Assembly (NCBI GenBank): GCA_947628745.1
Contig: CANRBB010000001.1
Location: 1 to 62,778, forward strand
From: an uncultured Bacilli bacterium
GTDB lineage: Bacteria > Bacillota_I > Bacilli_A > RF39 > UBA660
Direction of reading: 5' to 3'
DNA length: 62,778 nt
The notes beneath the pieces are model-generated. The model was not told the origin of the DNA. It saw only the letters and a list, made by a program, of their open reading frames with translations, and made no database searches. Shown piece by piece: positions 50,089-59,620 of this stretch. Both the position numbers and the translations under genes were made by a program. Numbering within the stretch: position 1 is the stretch's first letter; the number at the start of each line of letters is the position of its first letter.

Positions 50089-50117
50089 GAATAAATCACA
50101 CCACTTTCCAACTTACA

Positions 50118-52121
50118 CTACTTTCTAGTTAGAGTCTTTACCTTATTATCTGATATTATATCACATTTTTGTATATATCTGCCATTTTGATTTAAAATAA
50201 ATTCTACATTATACAACCTGCCGTTTTTTACTTGAACGTAGCCTGATGTCTGTTTAGACATTTTATTTTTATCTTTTTTTAGGGTTGTTGGAGAATATGG
50301 TAACATTATATCATGAACAGAATATGCTGATACTTCAACTTCATTAGGTAAGAATTGTTTTAATTTTTCGTTCAATGTTTCTATATGGTGTTGTTTTTCA
50401 TCTTCAAGTACATTATAATCCCAAACAATATGAGCTACTAAATTGTTATTATTTTCTTCTGTTGGCATTGGTAAAACAACGACATCGTGTATAAAGTTAT
50501 TTTCTCTGATTTTATTTTCAACATCAAATAAATATAATTCATTTCCATCTTGTAACTTAATTGAATCATTTATTCGACCCCAAACATAAAGGAATCCATT
50601 ATCATCAATTTGAACTATATCACCAGTTTTAACCCAGCCATCTACTAAAGACTTCTCTGTTAGCTCGGGCTTATTATAATATCCTTTCATTTGCGATTTT
50701 GCCTTTACTCTTAATTCTCCTCTTTGGTTATATGATAATTCATTACCATTTTTATCAAATACGCCTGCTATCATACCAGCTTGTATTGCGCCAACAGTTG
50801 CAATTGATTTTGAATAATTGTGCTCAACATCAACTCTATCAATACTGATTCCTGAAAAAGTTTCTGAAAGTCCATATCCACCATATATACCACTTGCATT
50901 ACAAGATGTCATTATATCATTCCAGTTTTTAAAACTTTTGTTATTGGTTCCTTCTCCACCAACCATCCAACCTTTTGCATAACTAAAATCAAATTTTTTA
51001 CCTTGCTTCATTTCTTCAGTAATACGATTGAAAAATGCCTCCCACATACTACTAGTATTGATACAAATATTTGGTTTTAATTTAACTAATTGATTGTAAA
51101 AATCTTTTTCTGATACTCGTGGATCAATAATAACCGTTGCTCCATTCATCAAAGTAACAAGAAATAAAGAATTTAAAGACGTTGATGCTGTAGGTGGAAA
51201 GTGATTTAATGTTCTATAACCTTTTTTATACGGAATGTCAGAATATGTTGTACTATAAACTTGTGAAATAATTGATTCATTTGTTGCTATTACACCTTTT
51301 ACAAGCCCACCAGTTGTACCGCTTGAAGAAGTTATAACGGCATTCCTATTTTTAACAAACGGAACTTTAACTTGGCCTGTGTAATAATCTGCTATTTCAC
51401 ATGCTTTATCTATCCATATATATTTTTTTTCATCAGGTATTTGTGTTTTATTTTTCTTTGCCTGTATATTATTTATAAATGATACTATTTCTTTTTTAGG
51501 ACTTGGCATATTAGCGGTTACGCTTGCCACGATTACTTTTTTGAATTTATCTTTTGAAAATTCTTCTCTAACATTTGGCCACATTCCATCAAATACTACT
51601 GCAATTTTGGCCTCCTTTGTTTCTTCTTCTAAGGCTTCTTTACTCATAGCAAGTTTTAAAAAATATGGACAAGCTCCTATCATATTAAGTGCAAAAAACA
51701 TAGCACATATATCAGGCACAAATGGTCCGTATATGGGAACAATTTCATTTTCTTCTACACCCATTGCCCTAAAAGTTCTAGCCCATGTGTAGCATAAATC
51801 TATAAATTCTTGTTTGGAAAAAATTTTTCCAAAATATTCAAGTGCTGGTACATCATAATATTCTAATAATTTATTTTCCATAACATCCCAAACAGTTTTA
51901 TTAATAGGGATATTGTTAGCTAAATTTTCAGCACCATCTTTGTAATTCTTTAGCCATATTTTATCTATTGATGGATATCCTGTTAATCCTTGTGCAAAAT
52001 AAGCTTCTTGTTCTTGAGGAATATTTAACATTTGTTTTAATTCTTCTATTTTTTTAATATTTTTACTTCTTACCGCTTCCTTTAATTCTTCTTTTAATTT
52101 AGCGTATAGTTCTTTATTCAT
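50118..52121 (-). CDS. AMP-binding (adenylate-forming) enzyme, acyl-CoA synthetase-like, with an N-terminal extension
   Basis: SSSGTTGGLVKGV, GYGLSET, TGD, GRINDSIKLQDG, and a C-terminal Lys. Start at MNKELYAK (52121) after AGGAGGG. Confidence 0.85.
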   Translation of the reverse strand: MNKELYAKLKEELKEAVRSKNIKKIEELKQMLNIPQEQEAYFAQGLTGYPSIDKIWLKNYKDGAENLANNIPINKTVWDVMENKLLEYYDVPALEYFGKIFSKQEFIDLCYTWARTFRAMGVEENEIVPIYGPFVPDICAMFFALNMIGACPYFLKLAMSKEALEEETKEAKIAVVFDGMWPNVREEFSKDKFKKVIVASVTANMPSPKKEIVSFINNIQAKKNKTQIPDEKKYIWIDKACEIADYYTGQVKVPFVKNRNAVITSSSGTTGGLVKGVIATNESIISQVYSTTYSDIPYKKGYRTLNHFPPTASTSLNSLFLVTLMNGATVIIDPRVSEKDFYNQLVKLKPNICINTSSMWEAFFNRITEEMKQGKKFDFSYAKGWMVGGEGTNNKSFKNWNDIMTSCNASGIYGGYGLSETFSGISIDRVDVEHNYSKSIATVGAIQAGMIAGVFDKNGNELSYNQRGELRVKAKSQMKGYYNKPELTEKSLVDGWVKTGDIVQIDDNGFLYVWGRINDSIKLQDGNELYLFDVENKIRENNFIHDVVVLPMPTEENNNNLVAHIVWDYNVLEDEKQHHIETLNEKLKQFLPNEVEVSAYSVHDIMLPYSPTTLKKDKNKMSKQTSGYVQVKNGRLYNVEFILNQNGRYIQKCDIISDNKVKTLTRK

Positions 52122-52210
52122 AAACCCTCCTATATGAGCCATTAAATATAGTTAAGGCATCATTACTTTGAATTATATCACATATGGGTTATAAGTAAAA
52201 CAAATAATTT

Positions 52211-52240
52211 TTTTCTACCTGCTTTTTTTCTACCTGCTTT
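52211..52240. repeat. Perfect tandem duplication, 15 bp x2 (TTTTCTACCTGCTTT)
   Basis: Verified base by base; 90-120 bp upstream of the AMP-ligase start. Confidence 0.9.
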
Positions 52241-52303
52241 TTCAGCATGTTTTTGTATCCTTGTATTTTTTAGCAGGTTTGGCAGTATTTATCATAAAAT
52301 TTC

Positions 52304-52396
52304 AAAATTAGTAATGACTATCAACTAAATATAGTGAAAATACATGGTAATATATTGTTTTGTATTAATTTTATTTTTTGTTATATCAATAATTCT
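52304..52396 (+). repeat. Conserved bipartite intergenic element, copy D
   Basis: aaaattagtaatgactatcaactaaatatag, then attttattttttgttatatcaataattct. Confidence 0.6.
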
Positions 52397-52499
52397 TTAG
52401 AGCTGTGCTGAAATTTTAAAAAATTAACTTACTTTTTCTATGTGATTTTATTTTTTGGAAAAACAAGTGCTTTTTTTAATTCAATTATATTTATTTTAT

Positions 52500-52543
52500 T
52501 TAGGCAAACCTTATCTACTTAATATAATTACAAACATATAGTA
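52500..52543 (+). promoter_or_regulatory. Candidate promoters of the collagen-like gene: sigma-A-like TTAGGC-17-TATAAT overlapping sigma-K-like AC-16-CATATAGTA
   Basis: Hexamers and spacers counted by hand. RBS GGGAAGGA precedes ATG 52564. Confidence 0.35.
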
Positions 52544-52563
52544 TTGCAGAAGGGAAGGATACA

Positions 52564-53793
52564 ATGAATTTGGGTAAAGGAAAATATAGAGGTCATTGTT
52601 ATATAGTTGGTCCGACGGGTCCAACTGGTCCACAGGGAATTGTGGGGCCTATTGGTCCGATGGGAATTCAAGGTCCGCGAGGAATGGTAGGTGCTCAAGG
52701 CCCACAGGGGGAGCCTGGGGTTTCCGAAACTATTCAATTAGGTAATATTGTGACAGGCGATGCTGGTTCTGAAGCTATGATTACAGATAATAAAGTAGGT
52801 TTAGTACATACTTTTAGTTTTGTGATACCACGTGGTTTTGATGGAAAACAAGGACCAAAAGGCGACGATGGAACTAGTGTAACTATTTTAGGTTCTTATG
52901 ATAATCTTGGCGATTTAAAAAGAGAACATCCGGTTGGCTCATTAGGTCAGTCTTATCTAGTGGGTGATAATTTATATGTATGGTCTGATAATATAGATGA
53001 TTGGTCAGATGTGGGTCAAATAAAGGGGCCACAAGGTGAACGGGGTGAAGTTGGTCCGACGGGACCCATGGGGCCAACGGGTGATCCTGGACCAACTGGG
53101 TGGCGAGGTGAGCCTGGGCCTGCCGGACCTAAGGGTGAACCTGGGCCTATGGGCCCTCAGGGCATTCAAGGAGATAAAGGTGAGCCTGGGCAAATAGGGC
53201 CAACTGGTCCGACGGGGCCTACGGGACCAATGGGTGATCCTGGACCAACAGGATGGCGTGGAGAACAGGGTCCTATGGGCCCAACAGGGCCAACAGGACC
53301 AACTGGTCCTTTAGAAATACCGTCAGCTTTATTTATCACTTTTCATGTAGATGAGCCTGATACAGGAATCGTTGTAAATACTAATGATAAATTGCCCATT
53401 AATAATAAGATTGCTGATGAAGACGGTTACTTTTCTTTAAATGAGGAAGATAATACTATAATTATTAAAATGCCAGGAACTTATCGTGTTGATTTTACAG
53501 TTTATGCTACGTCTAATAGTAGTAGCTTTGTAAAAACTAGAGATAAAATTTGCATAGGGTTTAAAAGACCTGAAGAATATACTGTTTATGCAGGAGCTAG
53601 TGTATGGAATGATAATCAATTACCTGTTGCAGTAGTAGGTAGTGGAATCTTTTCAACCGTTTCTGAAAATGATGCGTTTGAATTAGTAAATGTAGGACCA
53701 AATCAAATATATTTGAATAGTCCAAACTTAAGTGAAGAAGTATCTTTGTTTGCCAATCCCCTTGTTTCTCTAGTAATACAAAAATTGAAATAA
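52564..53793 (+). CDS. Collagen-like triple-helix repeat protein with a BclA-type C-terminal globular domain (candidate exosporium/spore-surface glycoprotein)
   Basis: Uninterrupted G-X-Y runs of 13 triplets (52609-52725) and 32 triplets (53026-53313), plus [28 protein letters not shown]...W insert. 159-aa C-terminal domain ([12 protein letters not shown]...). Confidence 0.88.
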   Translation: MNLGKGKYRGHCYIVGPTGPTGPQGIVGPIGPMGIQGPRGMVGAQGPQGEPGVSETIQLGNIVTGDAGSEAMITDNKVGLVHTFSFVIPRGFDGKQGPKGDDGTSVTILGSYDNLGDLKREHPVGSLGQSYLVGDNLYVWSDNIDDWSDVGQIKGPQGERGEVGPTGPMGPTGDPGPTGWRGEPGPAGPKGEPGPMGPQGIQGDKGEPGQIGPTGPTGPTGPMGDPGPTGWRGEQGPMGPTGPTGPTGPLEIPSALFITFHVDEPDTGIVVNTNDKLPINNKIADEDGYFSLNEEDNTIIIKMPGTYRVDFTVYATSNSSSFVKTRDKICIGFKRPEEYTVYAGASVWNDNQLPVAVVGSGIFSTVSENDAFELVNVGPNQIYLNSPNLSEEVSLFANPLVSLVIQKLK

Positions 53794-53837
53794 AAAAGAC
53801 TATTTATAAGTTATATGATTATAGGTAGTCTTTTTTT
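53792..53837. terminator. Bidirectional terminator between convergent genes
   Basis: AAAAAAGACTA ... TAGTCTTTTTT inverted repeat flanked by A/T runs. Confidence 0.5.
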
Positions 53838-53860
53838 AACTAATCTTTCTGTAAATAATG

Positions 53861-55694
53861 TTATTCTAAATTATTGCTTATAAAATTTTCAATAATATTT
53901 TTATATAGTTCAGGATACTTTTGAGAATACTTTTCTATAGATTTTTCGTAGGATTTAGCCTCAGTTTTATCTACACTTTGAGTACGTTTATATATTAATA
54001 TATTATAACCATTATTCATGTCAAAATCTTTTATGAGTTTAAACTTGCCATCATTAACCAATTGCATAAATACCTGATTATACTCCTTTTCTACTGAGAC
54101 TGATTCGAAAGGAACGGTTGTTATGATATATTTAGATGTAAATAGCTCAAGTGGAAACTTATGAACCCCTTCTATGGCAGAACCATAAGGAAGATACTTG
54201 GAAATAGTCATGTCAGGCATATAGAAATTTCTTAATTTATCAGGATTGTACTTATTGTTATGAGTAATCATGTAGGCAGTATTTTCCTTGTTTAAATTAT
54301 GCTTTAAGTAAGTTGCTACTGCTCCTAGTTCTTTATAATCTTCTTGTTCTGGTGTTTTTAAATGAACGTCAGTAAATAAATGATAGGAATAATTTGAGTT
54401 TAGAGAACAAATAAAATTAAAAATCAAAACGACCGCAAAAGGTATTATCCATCTTCTAATAAATTCAAAATCTGACTCATAAATTAATAATATAAATAGA
54501 GCTATATTATATAAATAATTGGGTAATAGTAGTAGACTATGATGAAGCCCCATATTTTGTATTCTAGTAAAAAGAATGATAATAGTAAAATAATTTATAA
54601 TACTGAGGATGGTAGGAAGACGTAATTTTTTTTGTGTAAATACCATAAAATATACCTATTAGCATGATTATAAATAAGATGATGCCAACATGGTGTACTT
54701 GACTAACTATTTCCGTCGTGAATCCACCAGTTAAGTAAAAAGCGTAACTACTTCCAATATTACTATTTATAATATTTTTGATTAAAGGAAATAAGGTAAT
54801 ACTTAGGAACAATATCGAGCATGTTAAAAATATTAGTCCATTTTTTACTATTTTTTTTATGTCGTTTTTTTGTTTGGCATTTGTAATAAGGCAGTACAAA
54901 ATGTAGCATAAATAGTAGCTTATAATAAAATAAATATACCATCTACGACAGATAATGAGCATAAAAGTTCCTAGAAGTAGAAGAATTAGGCGTTGCCACT
55001 CAAGATTTTTAAAATCATAGTTACAAGTTAAAGAGATAATAAGGAAAATAAAAATTAAACCAAATAAATCTGGTTGCCCATATATAAAGGTAGCATGTAA
55101 TATGGGGTTAAAGATGAGGCTTGCAATAGCAAAAACTAGAAACTTATTTTTATTTTTGAGACCAATAATCTCGCTTATTTTTTCTAACAATATAGATAAG
55201 GATACAATTATGTAAGGAATGAAAGTAGCAACACAACTTAGGATGTAAGCGTTAATAGTTTTGGGGGTAAAATTAAATATTAATTGTGGAAAGAATGAGA
55301 TAAAATTTCCATATTCCCCAGACCAAGTGCTACCTACAAAGTAACGTATTCCTTCTATTAAACCTCTATTAAATGATTGCTGTGTAGATAATTGAATATT
55401 GTAGTAACAGGAATAGTCCCAATAATAGATAAAATTCCGTTTGTAAATAGAAATAAAGTAAAAGACGTATAGTAGAAGTATGGAACAAATTATGGTAATT
55501 TTTTGATATTTATTAAATTTGATATTTAGTAATGTACTTACTTCTTTAATAATTGTTATTAAAAATGTGTTAGCAAAGATGCTTATAGTAATAAATAAAG
55601 GCTTATTTATTTTTAAAATTCCAAAAAGTAAAATTAAAAATAATTCTATTAATAATAATTTATATAAAATATTAAATTTCTTTTTTGTCTTCAT
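53861..55694 (-). pseudogene. Polytopic membrane protein, probable GT-C-type glycosyltransferase, split into two frames at an A8 tract
   Basis: ORFs 54564-55694 and 53861-54646 overlap by 83 nt in different frames. Removing one A from the A8 run (54626-54633) joins ...GIYTKK to LRLPTILSII..., giving about 610 aa. Confidence 0.6.
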
Positions 55695-56664
55695 GTGATA
55701 GCTCCTGTGTGTTTTCTAAATTTTCTGAGATTATAAATCTGGGTCTATGTTTTGTTTCTGTATAAATTTTTCCAATATATTCGCCAATTATGCCAATACT
55801 TATCATTTGAAGGCCTCCTATGAACCAAATTGAAATAGATAAAAATGTCCAGCCAGTTACAGTATGGCCTAGTATCTTTCTGACTAGGGAGTATACCATA
55901 ATGATAATACTGGCAAATAAAACCGAGAAACCAATAGTGCAAATTATGCGTAATGGTTTTACACTAAATGAAGTAATACCATCCCATGCAAAATTTAGCA
56001 TTTTTTTGAGTGGATATTTGGACTTGCCTGCAAATCTTTCATTTCTCTCATAATAGACAACATCATATTTAAAACCTAATAAGGGAAAAATACCTCTTAA
56101 AAATAAATTAACTTCTTTGAAATTTTCAAGTTCTTGTAAAGCTCTTTTGCTGGCAAGGCGATAATCGGCATGATTGTAAATAACATCTACTCCTAAAATT
56201 TTCATAAGTTTATAAAAGGATTCAGCTGTATATCTCTTAAAAAAGGAATCTTTTTGACGAGAGCTACGTACTCCGTACACAATGTCATTACCTGCATAAT
56301 ATTTTTCTAGCATCTCATCCATAGCATTAATATCGTCTTGAAGATCAGCATCCATCGTTATAACAATGTCGGCATATTTTTTGGCAATCATGAGCCCTCC
56401 TAAAAGAGCATTTTGATGTCCTCTATTTCTGGACAGACTTATCCCAGTAAATAAGTTATTATCATGGCTTATGGACTTTATTATATTCCAAGTGTTATCT
56501 TTGGAACCATCATTAACATACATTACTTTGCTACTTCTACTTATTATTTTTTGCTTTATGAGTGATTTCATTTTATCATTTAATCTTCTAGTAGTTTCTT
56601 CAATCACTTCTTCTTCATTGTAACAGGGTATTACAACATAAAGAACTTCTTTTTTATGATTCAT
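55672..56664 (-). CDS. GT2 polyprenol-phosphate glycosyltransferase (GtrB/CsbB-like)
   Basis: VVIPCYNEE, MDADLQDD, and two C-terminal TM helices. 23-nt overlap with the downstream membrane-protein gene. Confidence 0.85.
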   Translation of the reverse strand: MNHKKEVLYVVIPCYNEEEVIEETTRRLNDKMKSLIKQKIISRSSKVMYVNDGSKDNTWNIIKSISHDNNLFTGISLSRNRGHQNALLGGLMIAKKYADIVITMDADLQDDINAMDEMLEKYYAGNDIVYGVRSSRQKDSFFKRYTAESFYKLMKILGVDVIYNHADYRLASKRALQELENFKEVNLFLRGIFPLLGFKYDVVYYERNERFAGKSKYPLKKMLNFAWDGITSFSVKPLRIICTIGFSVLFASIIIMVYSLVRKILGHTVTGWTFLSISIWFIGGLQMISIGIIGEYIGKIYTETKHRPRFIISENLENTQELSHEDKKEI

Positions 56665-56832
56665 ATTTACCTCCTGTTATTCTTAGTTTATCAAAATATT
56701 TTAATAAAGTCTATGACACTTATGTTTTATCATATTTTATATTATATAAATATTCGTTTGTTATCTACTTTTAAAGTATGAGAAATGCTCTAATTATACT
56801 GCTATCAAATAAAATTATGAATATAATTTATT

Positions 56833-57234
56833 ATGAAGAAGAGAAATATGACACAAGAAGATATATTTTTAATTGATTTACAGTTACTTTCAACCTTTAT
56901 TTTCATAGTTACTACTATTATTTCTTTAATACTTACATATGATGAAAAACTTAATTTAACTAATAGAAAAAGAATGTTTACTACAAGACAAACATTAGAC
57001 ATTTCTTATTACAATAGAATTGTTATTTTGATTGTGGTATTAATTTCTCTTTATGTTGGATATAAAAATTATATCTCCCAGGAAAAAAATAGTGTGGCAG
57101 AGTTTAAAAGTGGCTTGTTGTGTGGTACTAATGTATTGACCCTAATTAGTGCAGTTATAATTTTATATGTTTCTTATCTGAATAGAAATGATTTAAACTT
57201 GACTCCTTCAGATATTGAGAACCCTCTAGTTTGA
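56833..57234 (+). CDS. Small hypothetical membrane protein (3 hydrophobic segments)
   Basis: ORF with TM-like segments and no clear SD. The competing antisense ORF 56805-57002 is judged spurious. Confidence 0.4.
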   Translation: MKKRNMTQEDIFLIDLQLLSTFIFIVTTIISLILTYDEKLNLTNRKRMFTTRQTLDISYYNRIVILIVVLISLYVGYKNYISQEKNSVAEFKSGLLCGTNVLTLISAVIILYVSYLNRNDLNLTPSDIENPLV

Positions 57235-57245
57235 TAGATAATTTA

Positions 57246-57286
57246 AAAAAATATTTTACCTGTTTTTTTAGAGTAAAATATTTTTT
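57246..57286. terminator. AT-rich bidirectional hairpin between convergent genes
   Basis: Perfect 14-bp inverted repeat AAAAAATATTTTAC/GTAAAATATTTTTT with a 13-nt loop. Confidence 0.45.
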
Positions 57287-57375
57287 ATTATTAAATCTAT
57301 TAAATTAATGTAAATAAACTCATAAATTTAGGGTAAAATAACTACTCTAGCTCTAACTGCAAATAATTTCTGTTT

Positions 57376-58449
57376 TTAACTCATTTGTTCAAATAATTCT
57401 TTATTATGTTTTAATCTTTCATCATTTGGTTCCATTTTAAGTGCTATATCGACATTTTTTAGAGCATTATCTTTATCATGTAGATAGTAGTAGGCTATTG
57501 ATAATAAATCATAAATAGTATTATTCCAACTAAAAACTTCATTTATATACGTTTTTGCATGAGTAGTTATTTTTAGAGATTCATTACCATATTTTATGAC
57601 ATCTTGATAATTCTTTAAATTGTATTCTAAAATAGCTCTTTCAATATAAGGGTCTCTTAAATAGGGCGTTTCTTCTATGGCTTTGTCTAACCACATTCTG
57701 GCTTCATCATATCTTTCTAAGGCAGTATAAGCACGGGCAATAAATCTCATTGAAGCGGATCTTTCATCTTTCCAGGTAGCAGTTTTTAAATGTAAGTGTT
57801 TTATCAATGTGTCAATACAGTCGTTCCATCTTTCATAATACATATATTCTCTACCAAGATAATGCATATTTCGATCATCTTCAGGATTTTCTTTTACTGA
57901 TAATTCTAATAAAGGCAAGTAACCGGTGCGAGGCTTGGTTAAATCAGGATAATGATTGACCGTAATATCCTTGATGGTTATTATATTCTCAATAGTACCA
58001 TCCAGTGGTTGCAAAATCTCGTGTACAGGGTGATGCCAGCGATAATTGTGTCTTGTATGCATCTTTTCAATATAGAAACTAACCGCTGGTCTTTGGTGTT
58101 CATCAAAACTCCAATTAAAATTATAGCGAGCCCGAGTTGTAGATTTTTGCCATGAATTTTCCACTTTTTCTCGCCACCCTTTTTCAAAAACTTCATCTAA
58201 ATCTGTGCAGACACAAACATCAGCATCTTGTGGTACCATATCTAAGGATAAATTTCTAGCTACATCAAAACGCCATGGGTTAATTTCTCTACTTTCAACG
58301 TGTACACCTCTTTTTTGAAGACGCGTTACTGTGTCATCACTAGAACCGGTATCTAGAACATGAATTGAGTCTGCTTCTGACATGGAATCAACCCATCTGT
58401 CAACGAATTTACTTTCATTTTTGCATATAGCATATACACATATTTTCAT
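57376..58449 (-). CDS. Glycosyltransferase (GT2-like N-terminal domain) fused to C-terminal TPR repeats
   Basis: VYAICKNESKFVDRW and CTDLDE motifs, followed by TPR-like repeats. Visibly more G+C than its neighbours. Confidence 0.7.
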   Translation of the reverse strand: MKICVYAICKNESKFVDRWVDSMSEADSIHVLDTGSSDDTVTRLQKRGVHVESREINPWRFDVARNLSLDMVPQDADVCVCTDLDEVFEKGWREKVENSWQKSTTRARYNFNWSFDEHQRPAVSFYIEKMHTRHNYRWHHPVHEILQPLDGTIENIITIKDITVNHYPDLTKPRTGYLPLLELSVKENPEDDRNMHYLGREYMYYERWNDCIDTLIKHLHLKTATWKDERSASMRFIARAYTALERYDEARMWLDKAIEETPYLRDPYIERAILEYNLKNYQDVIKYGNESLKITTHAKTYINEVFSWNNTIYDLLSIAYYYLHDKDNALKNVDIALKMEPNDERLKHNKELFEQMS

Positions 58450-58829
58450 CTTTCACCTATAATATGAATTAACTTCATATATCCCTTCAATTAAGGATAT
58501 GCTATTCAATTTTATTAATTATAAATAGATTCTTTAGTATTAATACCATTTTTCCATATCAATTTTTCTATCAAATCTTGTTCAAGCTCAAAAATAATAT
58601 TTAAAAAGTTCTAAAAATAGACGAAGCTGGACAAGTGTTAAGGAAATGAAAAAATTAAAATAAAGTAGATAAGTCTTTTTATTAACTTGAATATGATTCA
58701 GAATTATTCACCTTATTATGGCAAAAAATAATAAGATTTAACAATTAAATGGTATAATAAATTAATGTCTAGGCATAGCTAAGGCGTTTTATAGTTATAC
58801 GTTGGTAATAAAGTGAGGTGTTTATTAAT

Positions 58830-59546
58830 ATGATAAAAATGATGCTTATAGGTGGCGGAGAAATAGGTAGAGGTGCTACGACATATGAAACTAGAAAAAT
58901 TGATGAGGCAGTTGTTAAAATGTCTGACAAAGAACATCCTAATCTTTTATTTATTGGATTAGCTAGTTCATATTCTGACTCCTATTATGATACAATTAAA
59001 AAAAATTATTCACAATTGGGTTGTGTATGTGCTTATTTAAAAAAGAAAAATATTTTGAATAATCCCCAGATAGTTGTGGATAAAATAGAAAAGGCTGACA
59101 TAATTTATTTTGGAGCTGGAGATACAATAAAGCTAATGACTGATTTGAAAGAATATAAAATTGATTTTTTAATTACTAAGGCTTGCCATAATAAAATATT
59201 GGTGGGGATATCAGCCGGTGCCATTGCTCTTACAAGGGAGGGGCTTTCTGACTCCTATATATTAAGAGGGGAAAGTGATAAATATTCTTTTGTAAATGGT
59301 CTTAATCTTGCTGAAATTTGTATCTGTCCACATTATGAAAAAAATTCAAAGAGAGAATGTGCTTTACAAGAAGAATTAGTGAAAAATGATAAATTTGTTT
59401 ACGCTTTAGAAAATAATACTGCATTAAAAATAACGGGTGATAAGTTTGAGGTTATTAAAAGTAATTCTAATAATAATGCTTATTATTGTTATTTGGATAA
59501 AGGGAAATTTAAAACCGATATACTTAGTAAAGGAAACCTAGTATGA
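58830..59546 (+). CDS. Peptidase S51 (dipeptidase E / cyanophycinase-like) family protein
   Basis: LIGGGE..., GISAGA nucleophile elbow, and CPHY. Start at MIKMMLIG after AGTGAGGTG. Confidence 0.7.
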   Translation: MIKMMLIGGGEIGRGATTYETRKIDEAVVKMSDKEHPNLLFIGLASSYSDSYYDTIKKNYSQLGCVCAYLKKKNILNNPQIVVDKIEKADIIYFGAGDTIKLMTDLKEYKIDFLITKACHNKILVGISAGAIALTREGLSDSYILRGESDKYSFVNGLNLAEICICPHYEKNSKRECALQEELVKNDKFVYALENNTALKITGDKFEVIKSNSNNNAYYCYLDKGKFKTDILSKGNLV

Positions 59547-59571
59547 AAAAAAGAATCGCATGATTCTTTTT
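59547..59571 (+). terminator. Terminator of the S51 peptidase gene
   Basis: AAAAAGAATC-GCAT-GATTCTTTTT immediately after the stop. Confidence 0.65.
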
Positions 59572-59620
59572 ATTATCAATATATAATATTAGAAAGATGT
59601 AACTAAAAATTACACTTTTT

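Noticed and set aside
52528-53193. Minus-strand ORFs 52528-52737, 52883-53095 and 53005-53193, opposite the collagen-like gene.
   Set aside because: Antisense frames of GGN-CCN repeat DNA stay open by composition. Their translations are Pro/Arg/Trp-rich nonsense.
52564-53793. The GC-rich collagen gene as evidence of recent horizontal transfer.
   Set aside because: The compositional jump is largely forced by Gly (GGN) and Pro (CCN) codons. The non-collagen parts of the gene are AT-rich like the host, so composition alone does not show transfer.
56805-57002. Minus-strand ORF overlapping the start of the small membrane-protein gene.
   Set aside because: It is 65 aa with no RBS and lies opposite a longer ORF that has coherent TM segments. 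Neither ORF is strongly supported.
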